A stretch of 63,762 bases of DNA, filler included, from 12 parts of 12 records of this genome joined end to end with filler, not necessarily neighbours in it, one strand, 5' to 3'. Counted from the whole stretch's first letter, positions 1 through 10,426 are shown. The notes: generated by a model not told the origin, from the letters alone. Made by a program: numbers and translations.

Positions 1-118
1 ATTGACGCCTGCCCTGCCGCCATGTGCGCGATGGCGCCAGCGCCACTGCTGGCCACTGTGCCGTCGATGTGAAGCGAGCCCGCTGTGCCTCGCCGGTCAG
101 CACTTGCTAGCCTGTGCT

Positions 119-1450
119 ATGCCACCGCGGGGACGCCGATCGCGGCTCAAGCTGGGAGGCCGGCGGGATAGGCCGGTGAAGGACGACCGCCAGCGCGCGA
201 GTGATCGGCCGGCGGCTGCGATGCAGCAGCGGGAAGGCCACCCGACACAGACAGTGTGTCAGCGTCCCGGTTTGGCGAACCTCGGCGATTGCTGCTTTAT
301 TTCGAGTGTTGTGCAGGCCCTCTACTCCTGCGAGTTGGTGCGCACAGGCTTGGTCGGTGTCGACGTGCTGGAGAAAGACTTCAATGCTGACGATTCTGGC
401 GGCGGCGACTTCGCACACCTCGTTGCCCGAGCGCTCCCTGGCCTGATGAGAGAGATGGGTGCAGCTGGTGTGGCGAGCGCCCCACCACACGCGATACCTC
501 CGCATGCGCTGGTCCGCGCAGTTCGTAGTGGCGCAGGCTCTGCGTTCGCGAGCGGTCAGCATGACGCTCACGAGCTTCTGCAGCAACTACTGCTCCTCCC
601 TGAATCCGATCCGCTCACGCTCGACCCACAATGCGTACACGTCGAGCATACCCACCCAGCGCGTGCGGCCAAGACTGCGCGCGTTGCTGCTGCGCCTGGC
701 CCACAAGCGGCGGTCAAGTCGATGCAAAAGGTACTTCGATGCTTCCAAGGTACTGTACATACTGCGACGTGCTGCTTGGAATGCGAATGCAGCACCAGAG
801 AACACGACGAAGTCTTCACGACGCTTAGCATATCTTGTGCCCACAGTAGGTGTGACAACGCGGAGCCGTCTGTGGCGTCGGGTTTAGCGGATCATTTCCG
901 GGTCGAGCGAATGCGGGGCAGCAACAAAGTTTTTTGCGCCAAGCACTGCAACGCTCTGGCAGAAGCACACCGGCAGACACGCCTGACGAGTCTGCCCACG
1001 ATACTGTGCGTGCACCTGAAGCTACTGGGGGAGTCATCTTCCCGTGCAATTGCAGTGGACCAAGAGCTTGAGCTGCAGCCCTGGTGCACTGCCGCAACGA
1101 GCCAGTGCACGAGATACCAACTAGTTGCTGCTGTTTTTCACACCGGCAACTCGCCTCAGTGTGGACACTATCTAGCCTACTGCCATACCAATGTGGCACA
1201 GAGACGAAAGGCATGCCTCCGTCCGCGGCTCCACAATGTTGGCTTGAATGGTGTGACATCGAATGGTGAACTTGTCAATGCAGCCTGGTTAAGATGCGAC
1301 GATGAGCGTATTGAGACACTTAGTGATGTAGAGAGCCATGAAGTGCTGAAAGGTGATGGGGACAGTCGGAAGGGCTCAACGCCGTACATTTGCTTTTATG
1401 CTCAAGCTCCAGCTGCGAAAAGCGTTTTGAATGAAATCTCAAAGCATTGA
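119..1450 (+). CDS. Ubiquitin-specific protease (USP, peptidase C19)
   Basis: Cys box GLANLGDCCFISSVVQAL, QHDAHELL, Zn-finger CLEC...CAKHC, His box HTGNSPQCGHYLAY, WLRCDD and PYICFY. First in-frame ATG is at 119. Confidence 0.9.
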   Translation: MPPRGRRSRLKLGGRRDRPVKDDRQRASDRPAAAMQQREGHPTQTVCQRPGLANLGDCCFISSVVQALYSCELVRTGLVGVDVLEKDFNADDSGGGDFAHLVARALPGLMREMGAAGVASAPPHAIPPHALVRAVRSGAGSAFASGQHDAHELLQQLLLLPESDPLTLDPQCVHVEHTHPARAAKTARVAAAPGPQAAVKSMQKVLRCFQGTVHTATCCLECECSTREHDEVFTTLSISCAHSRCDNAEPSVASGLADHFRVERMRGSNKVFCAKHCNALAEAHRQTRLTSLPTILCVHLKLLGESSSRAIAVDQELELQPWCTAATSQCTRYQLVAAVFHTGNSPQCGHYLAYCHTNVAQRRKACLRPRLHNVGLNGVTSNGELVNAAWLRCDDERIETLSDVESHEVLKGDGDSRKGSTPYICFYAQAPAAKSVLNEISKH

Positions 1451-1610
1451 TTGCTGTAGTAGAAGGGCTCGACGCGCGGTAGTTTCATCTGTCAGGAGGG
1501 GCATAAACTGCAGCTGCAGTCGAAAACTACAGGTATTCGAATACCATTACTGCGCAAAACGTGTTGTACATGGTGTGTGTACAAACGATTACCATAGAGT
1601 AGTGTCTCGT

Positions 1611-4600
1611 TCAGCTCTCGAAAGGTTTAGCTCTCGTCAACATGTGATGTTTGCTAGTGCGTTCGAGGTAGCGTTTGTCCTTCGGCTCAATTATCCACTC
1701 GTGCCGAAGCAGGTCGTACTTGCCACTAACGGGAACAAACAAAATGAGCAGCGGAGTCATAGACAGATCTCGCACCCATGACCACACACGTTAACAGTGG
1801 CGTGGGAGAAGGGGCTTACATGCTCGGTGGGAATGGGACCTTGCCCACACCAGTCGTTGGTGGCTTCATACAGGATTTATCCCGCGGTTCGATGGTCCTG
1901 TTGAGCAGTGCACAAATGGATCTTAGAGGATGGAACACAAACGCGCCAAAGATGCGGCTTGTGGATTGAGAAGGTGCCAACAACGACAACCACAAAAATG
2001 ATGCATGAAGAGAGGGCATTTCGCACCACTCAGCCCGTATTGGGTTGTACTTGCCGATGCGAGGTGGGAACGGTACCGATGCGGTTCCTCCCTGGTGCGG
2101 ATTCATGGTCCGCTTGTCACGTGGCTCGATCGTCCAAGAGCCCTTAACGGGATCATACTTTCCAATCCGTGCCGGAAACGGTACACTGACGGGAACAAAC
2201 AAAATGAACAGCGGAGTCATAGACAGATTTTGCGTCCATGACCACACACGTTAACAATGGCGTGGGAGGAAGGGCTCACGATGCGGTCCCCGATCGCTCT
2301 TTGTTCTCAGAGATGCCCTTGCGGTGCTGCCCGCTCAGATCTTTCTTCCAGTCAGTAACAACCCGCATGGACTTTTCATGGTGCGCTTGGATTTTCGGGT
2401 CTGCGCCCCATAGCGGGTGTTGCGCCTTCTCCTCCGCAGCCACCTGTGTGGCACTGGGTGGTCAACCGGCAGTGGACAGAGCAGACAAACTCCACAGAGG
2501 GGCACAGATGCAGAGGAGCGGCAGAACAAGCAAGAACATGTGCAACAAGTCGTCAAGCTATTACGTAAAAAGTGCTCACCTGCTGTGTGTGCGAAATATT
2601 TTCGATCGCTTGCCATAGATCCTTTTGAGCACAGGTTGGGAGTCCCATTTGGACAAGCTCCTCGGCGCTGTGGATCCGCTGTGGACCGGCCACTAAATCG
2701 TGCACAGTTCTTACTCCGCGATGGATAAGCTGCCCGAGTGTTGCATCCTTAACTTCGGGTGGGCAGTGCATCAACGACTGGTGCAGGAACCCCGCTATAT
2801 TTGCATGCAGCGGAGCGGACATTCCGACCACATACCTCTCCCATTCACTGTTGCCAGCTGAAATGTAAATGACGTGGCGACGCTGGTCTCGGGTAGAGTC
2901 TATCACACGCCGGCATCGCTTGAATGTTGCAAACGGTCCCTTCTTGCCATCGACGCTCTGCTCCGGCTGTCTACCGTCAGATTTATCGCTTCCATCTGGG
3001 GATACAAACCATTGGCACTCTTCTGGATCTTCTCTATCGAGTAGCTCAAACAGTCCCTGGCCGCGTACTAGATGAAGCGTCCGACGTCTTGGTCCTCTTC
3101 TGGTGGCGTTCGGTGCTCGTCGAGTGGTGCGCGTAACATCCTTGGGCCGTGCACCGTCCAACGACAGCGCGGCATCTGGGTGGCGCGTGGACGCGTATGG
3201 CACAGCTTCTGATACTAACGTGCTGTCCTGCTGTACACCCGCCGTGCTACGCTCGTCTGAGTACTGATCTGGCCAAGATGCGTCATCTTGTACAGAGGAA
3301 GGAGCGCTACTCGGTGCGCTATCAGGTCCCTCGATGCTCGAGGTTGAGGCAGCATCGAGCTGTCGTTCTGCTTGCCACTGTAACCGAGATTCATCCCGCT
3401 GCGCCTGCAGCTCTATATCTTCCTGGCTTTGACTCATCATCCACTTTTCGAACTCACTAAACGTCACTTGTCCGTCACTATCAGTGTCAATGGTACGCAC
3501 AAGCCGCCGGAGCTGCTCGTCAACAAGTCCCATGTCCAACCGCGACATGGCATCTTGCAACTCTTCTAGACTGAGCCAGCCGTTGCCGTCCCGGTCCACT
3601 GCGCTGAAAAAGCTTCGGATGTCTCTACATTGAACTCCGAACACAGATCGACGCTGACCGATGGCATCCGCAATCACGCGAATTAGCGCGCGTTGAACAG
3701 CTTCTGGCATCCGATCAACAGTAGCTTCATAGGCACCACTGCTGCGCGCAACCTGCGCTTCTGGTTCCGGTTCCAGGGCTGCAGCCTGTAAGTACGACGC
3801 CTCTTGTGCCGCGCGAAGCTCAGCGGCGACCTTCTTCTTCTCTGCGAGCAAGGATTCGCGTTGGCGTACCACCTCAGACTCGTGCCGTTTTAGCTGCTCC
3901 CGGATATGGGCATCGGAGGCAGCCTTGGCGCGTTGTATAGCAGCCTGCTCCTCTTCCATGATGGCCCGACGCTGCCCCTCTAGTTCTGCCTTGTGGTTCT
4001 CCAAAGCTAACTGCTGAGCCTCCATCTGTGCCCGTACTTCAGCAGCCTCCTGCTGCGCTCTTGCAAAATGTGCCTGCATCTGTGCTGCTTCTACCTTGGC
4101 TACCTCGACTCTGGACGCTTCTATCTGTGCCGATTTAGACATTTCTGCCTCCATCCTTGCTGCCTCAATCCTCGCTGCATCTGCCTGCGCAGCTTTGTCT
4201 CTCGCTGCTCGCGCATCAGCGAGTGCTTGAGCAGCTTCAATTTGGGACCGGGCCGCTGCTGCCGCCTCAGACTGGGCAGTTGCAGCCGCGGCATCGGCCC
4301 GGGCCTTGGCTGCTGCCTGCGCAGCTTCGGCTTCTGCCCGAGCCCGAATCGTTGTTGCCTCGGCTTCGGCTTTCGCTCTGACAATGATTGCTTCGGCTTC
4401 AGCCTCGGCTCTAGCCCTCGCAATTGCTATCTCGGACTCCAATTGGGCTCTAGCCCTGGCAGCAGTAGCCTCAGCTTCGGCGCTCGCTTCGGCGCCCGCA
4501 GCTTCTGCCTCAGCCCTAGCGATTACCAAAGCAAAGGCGGACTCGGCCTCAGCAGAGTCAGCTTCTTCCTTTGCTTTGGTAATAGCTGCCTCTGCATCAG

Positions 4601-5429
4601 CTCTGGCAGCCGCCGTCGCAGCTTCGGCATTTGCTTTGGCAGCTGCAATCTCCGCTTCAGCTTTAGCAACAGCATTGGCAGCCTGACCTTCAGCCCGTGC
4701 AATAGCAGCTGCAGCTTCCCGATCGCTGATTCCAGTGAGCGTCTCTACTACATCCTCGGATCCTGGTCTGACCGTCGCGTCCACAGCCGGTGCACGTTGG
4801 GTTGGCATATTTGCATCACCCGTCAGCTCACCCCATTGGTTAACGCGATTACCACCGAAGTAGACTGCTTGGGTCGTAGATCCTGTAGCTTGTTGCGTCA
4901 CATCATCGGCCTGAAGTTCCGATTCAAGTGCAGCAATCTCCCGATCCAAGCCCGCCATATTTCTCTTGGATTCCTGAGCAGCCGATTCAGTAGATTCGTT
5001 TGCTGTGTCACCCGAGTGCAGGTGTTGCAGCGCTCTGCGCAGTGTTTGGAAATCTACTTCGCGACTAGCTACCAAGACAATCGGCACATGTCGACCGGAA
5101 CTCAGGATAACTTCCAATCGCTGCCGGTCAAAATCAATTTGGGCAATCCGTGCTAGTGAAACGCAACCAACGGCTTTCCTGGATCGGATATCAGACCAGC
5201 GCAGCACTAACTGATTTCGCAGGCCCGCAAGTTGGAACAAAAATGCTTCGTCGCTTGCTGCTGTCGCATTGCTTGCACGTGCTCCCATCATTTTGAGAAT
5301 CAAACCAGTTTCAAAGAGTTCGGCAATTGCAATATCCGCCTCGGAAATTTGATGATGCTGGTGGCCTATTGCTCTAAGCTCCACAGAGTTGCCTTGAAGG
5401 CCGGCCCGATCACCTTGATGCAGCGGCAT
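1611..5429 (-). CDS. Multi-exon protein: PH-like N-terminus, Ala/Glu coiled coil, EF-hand pair, SAM-like segment, three C-terminal VPFP-IGKY-W.IEP.DK repeats
   Basis: EF loops DRDGNGWLSLEEL and DTDSDGQVTFSEF. The 958-aa ORF is extended in frame by GT-AG introns at 2444-2579, 2186-2279, 1898-2026 and 1726-1819 to a TGA at 1611-1613. The start may lie beyond the contig edge. Confidence 0.75.
1726..1819 (-). repeat. 94-nt spliceosomal intron, copy A of a near-identical pair
   Basis: GTAAGC...CCCGTTAG on the minus strand. It has 10 mismatches in 94 nt against 2186-2279, and its removal restores the IGKYD frame. Confidence 0.85.
2186..2279 (-). repeat. 94-nt spliceosomal intron, copy B of a near-identical pair
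   Basis: GTGAGC...CCCGTCAG on the minus strand. Its removal restores the GTAS-VPFP frame. Confidence 0.85.
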
Positions 5430-5448
5430 CCCCCCAGCCGCACGCGGT

Positions 5449-5548
5449 NNNNNNNNNNNNNNNNNNNNNNNNNNNNNNNNNNNNNNNNNNNNTTAATTAA
5501 TTAANNNNNNNNNNNNNNNNNNNNNNNNNNNNNNNNNNNNNNNNNNNN
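5449..5548. other. Artificial contig spacer (N44-TTAATTAATTAA-N44). The same spacer occurs at 9839, 14615, 20984, 30690, 34662, 41664, 45621, 49124, 54211 and 59955
   Basis: Identical 100-nt structure with a six-frame stop linker, repeated 11 times. Confidence 0.99.
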
Positions 5549-8500
5549 CTATTCGCGAATTCTTCCCAGGTGGGACGATAGCTGAATTCCCTGCAGTGGA
5601 GATTCGGCTGAAGCAATTGTACATGTGGAGGGATCAGGAAGCCAGGAAAAGAGATGACGGGGTGAACAATATCTGCGATAAGCGCACGCTAATCAGGCGG
5701 GCGATCGAGGAGTGTGGATTGGAGTCACTGACCCTGAAACAATCTGCAGCATCAACGAAGCACGCCGGATTGCTTAATGATTCTGGAGCGCAGCAGTCTC
5801 CGTTGGTGCAGGCACAGCAGAAGCAGGTGCAGCCAACACAGCTAGAGAGCTCTCATCTTGTGAGTCCAGAGCTGGAGCCGGAGCCGGAGCCACAGCCAGA
5901 GCTACAGCTGGAGTCGCAGCTGGCGGGTCAGAGTCCTCCCACTGCTCAGATCCCAGAGGAACTACGAAGCCAGGATTACAAAGGTAGCCACGTGCTCATC
6001 GTCTCATACGATCAGAAGGCAGTGGTGGTGCGAGACGAGAAGCAGGACAGGAAGGTCAGGAAGGCTGAGGCGGCATCAGCTGCGTCCGGTGCTGTCATGG
6101 AGAACTTTGTCGTGAAGAACAGCTGGTCACTGGTCGGGGCGAAAAAAGATCAGAGTGATGGTGGCAATCCCTGGTCAACAGTGCTCCGCGCCGCGAGAGC
6201 GAAGGTTGGTCTGGACCTAACGAATACTGACGCGTTCAGACCGATGGCTGTGGCTTATTATCCAGATGCGCACTCATTTCTCTTTTTCGTTGTTGCGAAT
6301 GTCTGCATGAAGCTACACGACGGCTTGGATACGTGTGCGTCCGACTGGCTTGACATCGCAAAGAGACGAATGGTTGCGGCAGATTATATCATGCAAACCG
6401 CTCTACGAGAATTTCGACGGTATGTCAAGCAGGTCGAAATGAGCGTATTTGCCATGGCCGCACCGAACGTTATACCGCAGCACACGCTCACGCATGATCA
6501 TGCTACGCCATCAAGTGATGTGGCACAAGCACAGCAGCATGGCCTAAACTCTTGGCAAGAAATCACAGGCCTAGAGTGTTCTGAACGTGGCTTTGCCACG
6601 AAGACTGTGGATGTTTTCAATCCAGCTGCAAACAAACGTTGGGCAGCCTTGGGCGACAGAGTCATTGAATGGGCGGTGCGAGGGCATCTGTGTTGTCAGG
6701 CTGCAAACTGTGCGACGAGCTTTACAGCCTGCGCGCGGTGTGCTGAGAGGATGAAGCTACTACGTGTTGGTAATGATAAAACCAGCAGCACAGATGCATC
6801 GGGGTGCCCTTACTGCAGCAAAGCTCAGTACACAACAAATCAGGCACTAGCAGGTATCACTCAACGGTGGCTTAAGCCTGCATTGGGCACGTTTCATCGC
6901 GGTCGCTGGTCGCCTGCTCGGAATGATGATCTCAGTGAACATAGAATGGGTACTGCATGCGAAGCAGTCATCGGCCTTGTGGCTCATCAGTTCGGTATCC
7001 GAGAAGCTGTGAAGCTCTACGGACGTGTGGCCGGCTGCATTCCATTGCCCATCACTGACACCGATAATGACTCCTCTCCAGCTCGCCAGGACTACAGTAC
7101 GCTCCTACCGAAGCAACTAGAACGCCATTTTGGCACTCTTGCTGATGTGTGCAAGAGTACCGCCTTGGCAGCGGAGTGGCGAAGGTGCGTGTTTCTGGGT
7201 GAAGCTACAACAGACTTGAGCGTGATGCGCCACCACTTTGACAGCTCTCCGCATGCTGATGTGGGTGACTTGCACACTCTCACACGTAACAACGAGTACC
7301 GCAGCACGAAGCAAACAGCTTTGGCCCGCGCAGCAAAAGCAGCCGGTCTAGGCTCGTGGACAAGCAATTCTGCGCTCAATCAATTTGGATCATTTGGGAA
7401 TCGTGGTGCTGAGCTCGATGTGACAAGCGCGAGTGAGTGCTGGAAGGCAGGCGTCGGCACGTTGCTTCTGGACACTGGCTTCAACTTGGATAACGTAGAC
7501 CAGCTTGTCAGAGTCTTCCTGTTGGAGGTTGTGGAGCCGGAACCAGAGCCAGAGCCGACGGCTACTTCTAGTTGGGGTAGCATGGCCGCAGCTGCCACAG
7601 CCCATACCAGTAGCTGGGGAGCCATGTCGACTCCCAGTGCGTCTGGCGGCTGGGGAGACATCGCCGCGGCACCTGCGATAGGTTCTGGTGGTGGTTGGGG
7701 AAGTGTGGCAACACGTGCTGACACAGATGATGCTGATGTTCTGGAAAACTTTAGCACCGCCAGTGACTCAACTGCCATCGCGACTGCATCCACCAGTGGC
7801 TGGAGTGGAGGCAACGTATCACAACTCGAAGATGATACCGACGAAGTGCGGAATCGAAAGCTGCATCGGCAGGTCAGCTACTACTTCTCAAACCAAGCCT
7901 TAATGGCTGACGGAGATCGGGTCATGGAGCTGATCAACGACGATGTGGCAGCTGGCGGTCTAGGCTTCGTACCTCTAGGAGACCTAATAGAGTTTGGTCA
8001 GGTGAAACAGCTGCTTGACGGCACTTTGCCACCGCATGAGCACAGACTCAGCACTGCTCTGAAGGACTCAGCGCTGCTCGAACTATCACATGATGGGCTC
8101 GCTGTCCGTCGCAAAGGGCCTATCCCAAAGCAGGCTGACTATCGTGATATGCAACGTTATATCAACGACAAAGTGTCGCACGTTGCCCCTAGCAGCGCTG
8201 CCGTGGAGATGACCGTGAACGAGCTTCAGCTTCGCTGTGAGAAGGCACGAGTTTTCAGAGTGGCACAAGAAAAGCTAGAGAAAGCTACTGTGGCTGCCCT
8301 GCACGCTGGCACGATTGACCAGTTCACGGCCGCATGCAAGATGCTTGCGCGCAGTCGCCATCACCTGCTAGTTGACCTGGGCAGGGGCGGACCGAACTCG
8401 CTAGTATTCGAGGAGCGCCACAAGCGGAGGCAGTTGCTGAACGCCTGCAGAATCAACGTTGCCATCTGTGAGGTCGATATCGTCAACCGCCAGAATCGTC

Positions 8501-9375
8501 TCGAGGCTGAACCTGAGCTTCAGCCTCATTCGCAACTAACAGTCGGCGAAAGACTTGAAATAGCCCGATCAGAGCTTCAGCGCTCTAGGTTACTGGAGGA
8601 TGAACCGAAGCTTAGTACCTCTAAAGACTCTACTTCTGAAGAGCAGATGTACACAGAGGCACCTAAGGTAGTAGCCAAGTTTGTCTGGGCATTCATTGCT
8701 CTTGAGTCCGACCATCTTGACCGGTACGCACGAAAGAATACTCCAGAACTAGTCTCTCTTTTTTAGCGTTTTTGTTACACCTCGTTATGATTTACTAAGA
8801 AGCTTGAAATTAACAGAGAGATGTTTTGTGGTACTTATAGGGCAAGTAAGTTTCTGAGAGAAGTGGAGACAAGTTTGAGGGATATGAACGGCTTGAAGGA
8901 CCTTCTCGAAGCGCGTCGCAATGCAATGGATTCAGCTCGCGAGGGTGGCAGCTTCGCAACGATCGAGGCGACCTGCATTTCTGCAGTAGCAAACGAAACC
9001 ATCATTCACAAGCCTGGACGACGAGATCTCTCGCAGTGCCCTGACTTGCGTCCTGACGAACAGCAGTGTAGCAGCTGCGGGGAGCGTGGCGCAGTTGATG
9101 TGCTCTTCACGAGGTCACAATTCAACCGAGCTGAACCACGCTGCAAGGTATGCGTAGAGCAAAGGATACAGGCAGAAAAGCTGCAGAATATTGAGGCACG
9201 TCGAGCGCTGTGCTCGGCTGCAATAGCGACAGCCATGCCGCTGGAGCACGTGCTGCCTGCCGCCCTGCCGACGCCTCAGATCTTGAACCAAGCGAAACGC
9301 AAGCTGACTCAGCTAGAGAAAGCGGCGCGGAAACGCGAGGTAGGCCTTTTCAAGGGAATCTTTAGCATGCCATAA
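5549..9375 (+). CDS. 5'-partial multidomain RNA-processing protein: HRDC-like, degenerate Nudix, tandem RNase III-like, WG repeats, La motif, TPR-like, CxxC-CxxC zinc finger
   Basis: The frame is open from the contig edge. Motifs: LYMWRDQEARKRDD (HRDC-like); WAALGDRVIE...TNQALA...GTACEAVIG and CVFLGEA...ECWKAGVGTLLLDTG (RNase III-like); RQVSYYFS...GFVPL...F...VRRKGPIP (La). A phase-2 intron at 8724-8840 joins the 8821-9375 ORF in frame, giving at least 1235 aa. Confidence 0.8.
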
Positions 9376-10426
9376 TAGAATTGGTTTGGCACGGAGGCGA
9401 AGCCGTGATGATGTCTGGAGGTTCAAACATAGACTAGCAGTCCTGATCCAAGATGTCGTGCACGATCACTAGCATTCCTGATCCAAGATGTACACCACTG
9501 TTGCTATGGGGCAGCCTCCCCTCAAGTCGCTGACTGCGCCAGGTACAAGGCCGCTCTTGGTGCAAATCATGAGGCGTTTCAATACAAGACTGAGTACTAG
9601 GCTCCCTGCCTAGCACAATCGCTCGGAGCTGGGCGCGCTCAACAACGACACACAGCTCCTTCATCAATGTCGTCAACCAAAACGTTATGTTTACTTTCAC
9701 ACATGACACACCTGCACACCTAATAGCAGCACTCATTGGCGCTCATTGGCAACGGGCATAAGGTGGGCAGGCCCGCCGGCCTCCGGAGTAGCGAGGAAGC
9801 CCTCCGGTGGAGTCGCGGGGGCCAAAGCGCCCCCCCCCNNNNNNNNNNNNNNNNNNNNNNNNNNNNNNNNNNNNNNNNNNNNTTAATTAATTAANNNNNN
9901 NNNNNNNNNNNNNNNNNNNNNNNNNNNNNNNNNNNNNNCTTACTTGCATTCCCCGCATGCGTAAGCCGGCAGTACCGGTAGTGCTACTATACTACAGGTG
10001 TAAACCCGGTAAAGTCAAAAAGGCAGACGTCGCGAAAGACGCAAAAACACCCAAGATTGCGGTCGATCGCAGATGTGAACTCAGAATCATATAATCCAGG
10101 ATGAACGCGTGTCGTTCCGGTTCGGACTCGCGCGCCGCGGGAACGCCGGCGCGCGACACGCCCGCGCCGCCGCACGAGGCGCGCCACGCGCATATACATG
10201 TATGCGCCGCGCGATCCGCGGGCATGCAGTCGTCTCTATAACGAGTGAAGTGACGCCGCGGCGGTCCACTCTGCAACTTGTCCACTACGGGGCTGTAGTA
10301 TCCGAATACATCGATGTATAGGTAGAGAACATGTGTGAGGGAACTGCTCAGCAGCAGTGTTGCTAAGACACCGTAGATGGTGTTGCCAACACACCTGGTG
10401 TTGCATTGCACCCCGGGGTTGTATTG

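Noticed and set aside
269-322. Variant USP Cys box (NLGDCCF instead of NLGNTCF)
   Set aside because: The oxyanion Asn and the catalytic Cys, His and Asp all appear intact, so this is ordinary divergence.
1724-2284. Direct repeats 460 nt apart as LTRs of a mini-retroelement or a CRISPR-like array
   Set aside because: Each copy is bounded exactly by GT...AG on the minus strand, and the sequence between them is coding exons plus another intron.
4068-5156. Long plus-strand ORFs (also 50030-50875, 62320-63261, 39471-40028 and others)
   Set aside because: They are antisense shadows of real genes in GC-rich DNA and have no protein motifs.
5449-5548. Regularly recurring TTAATTAATTAA palindrome within N runs
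   Set aside because: It is an artificial six-frame-stop linker joining contigs. It is not biological, and cross-spacer gene clusters cannot be inferred.
9434-9838. Short duplications (TCCTGATCCAAGATGT x2) and a GC hairpin at the contig end
   Set aside because: It could be the edge of a repeat element, but it is too short and truncated to support a call.
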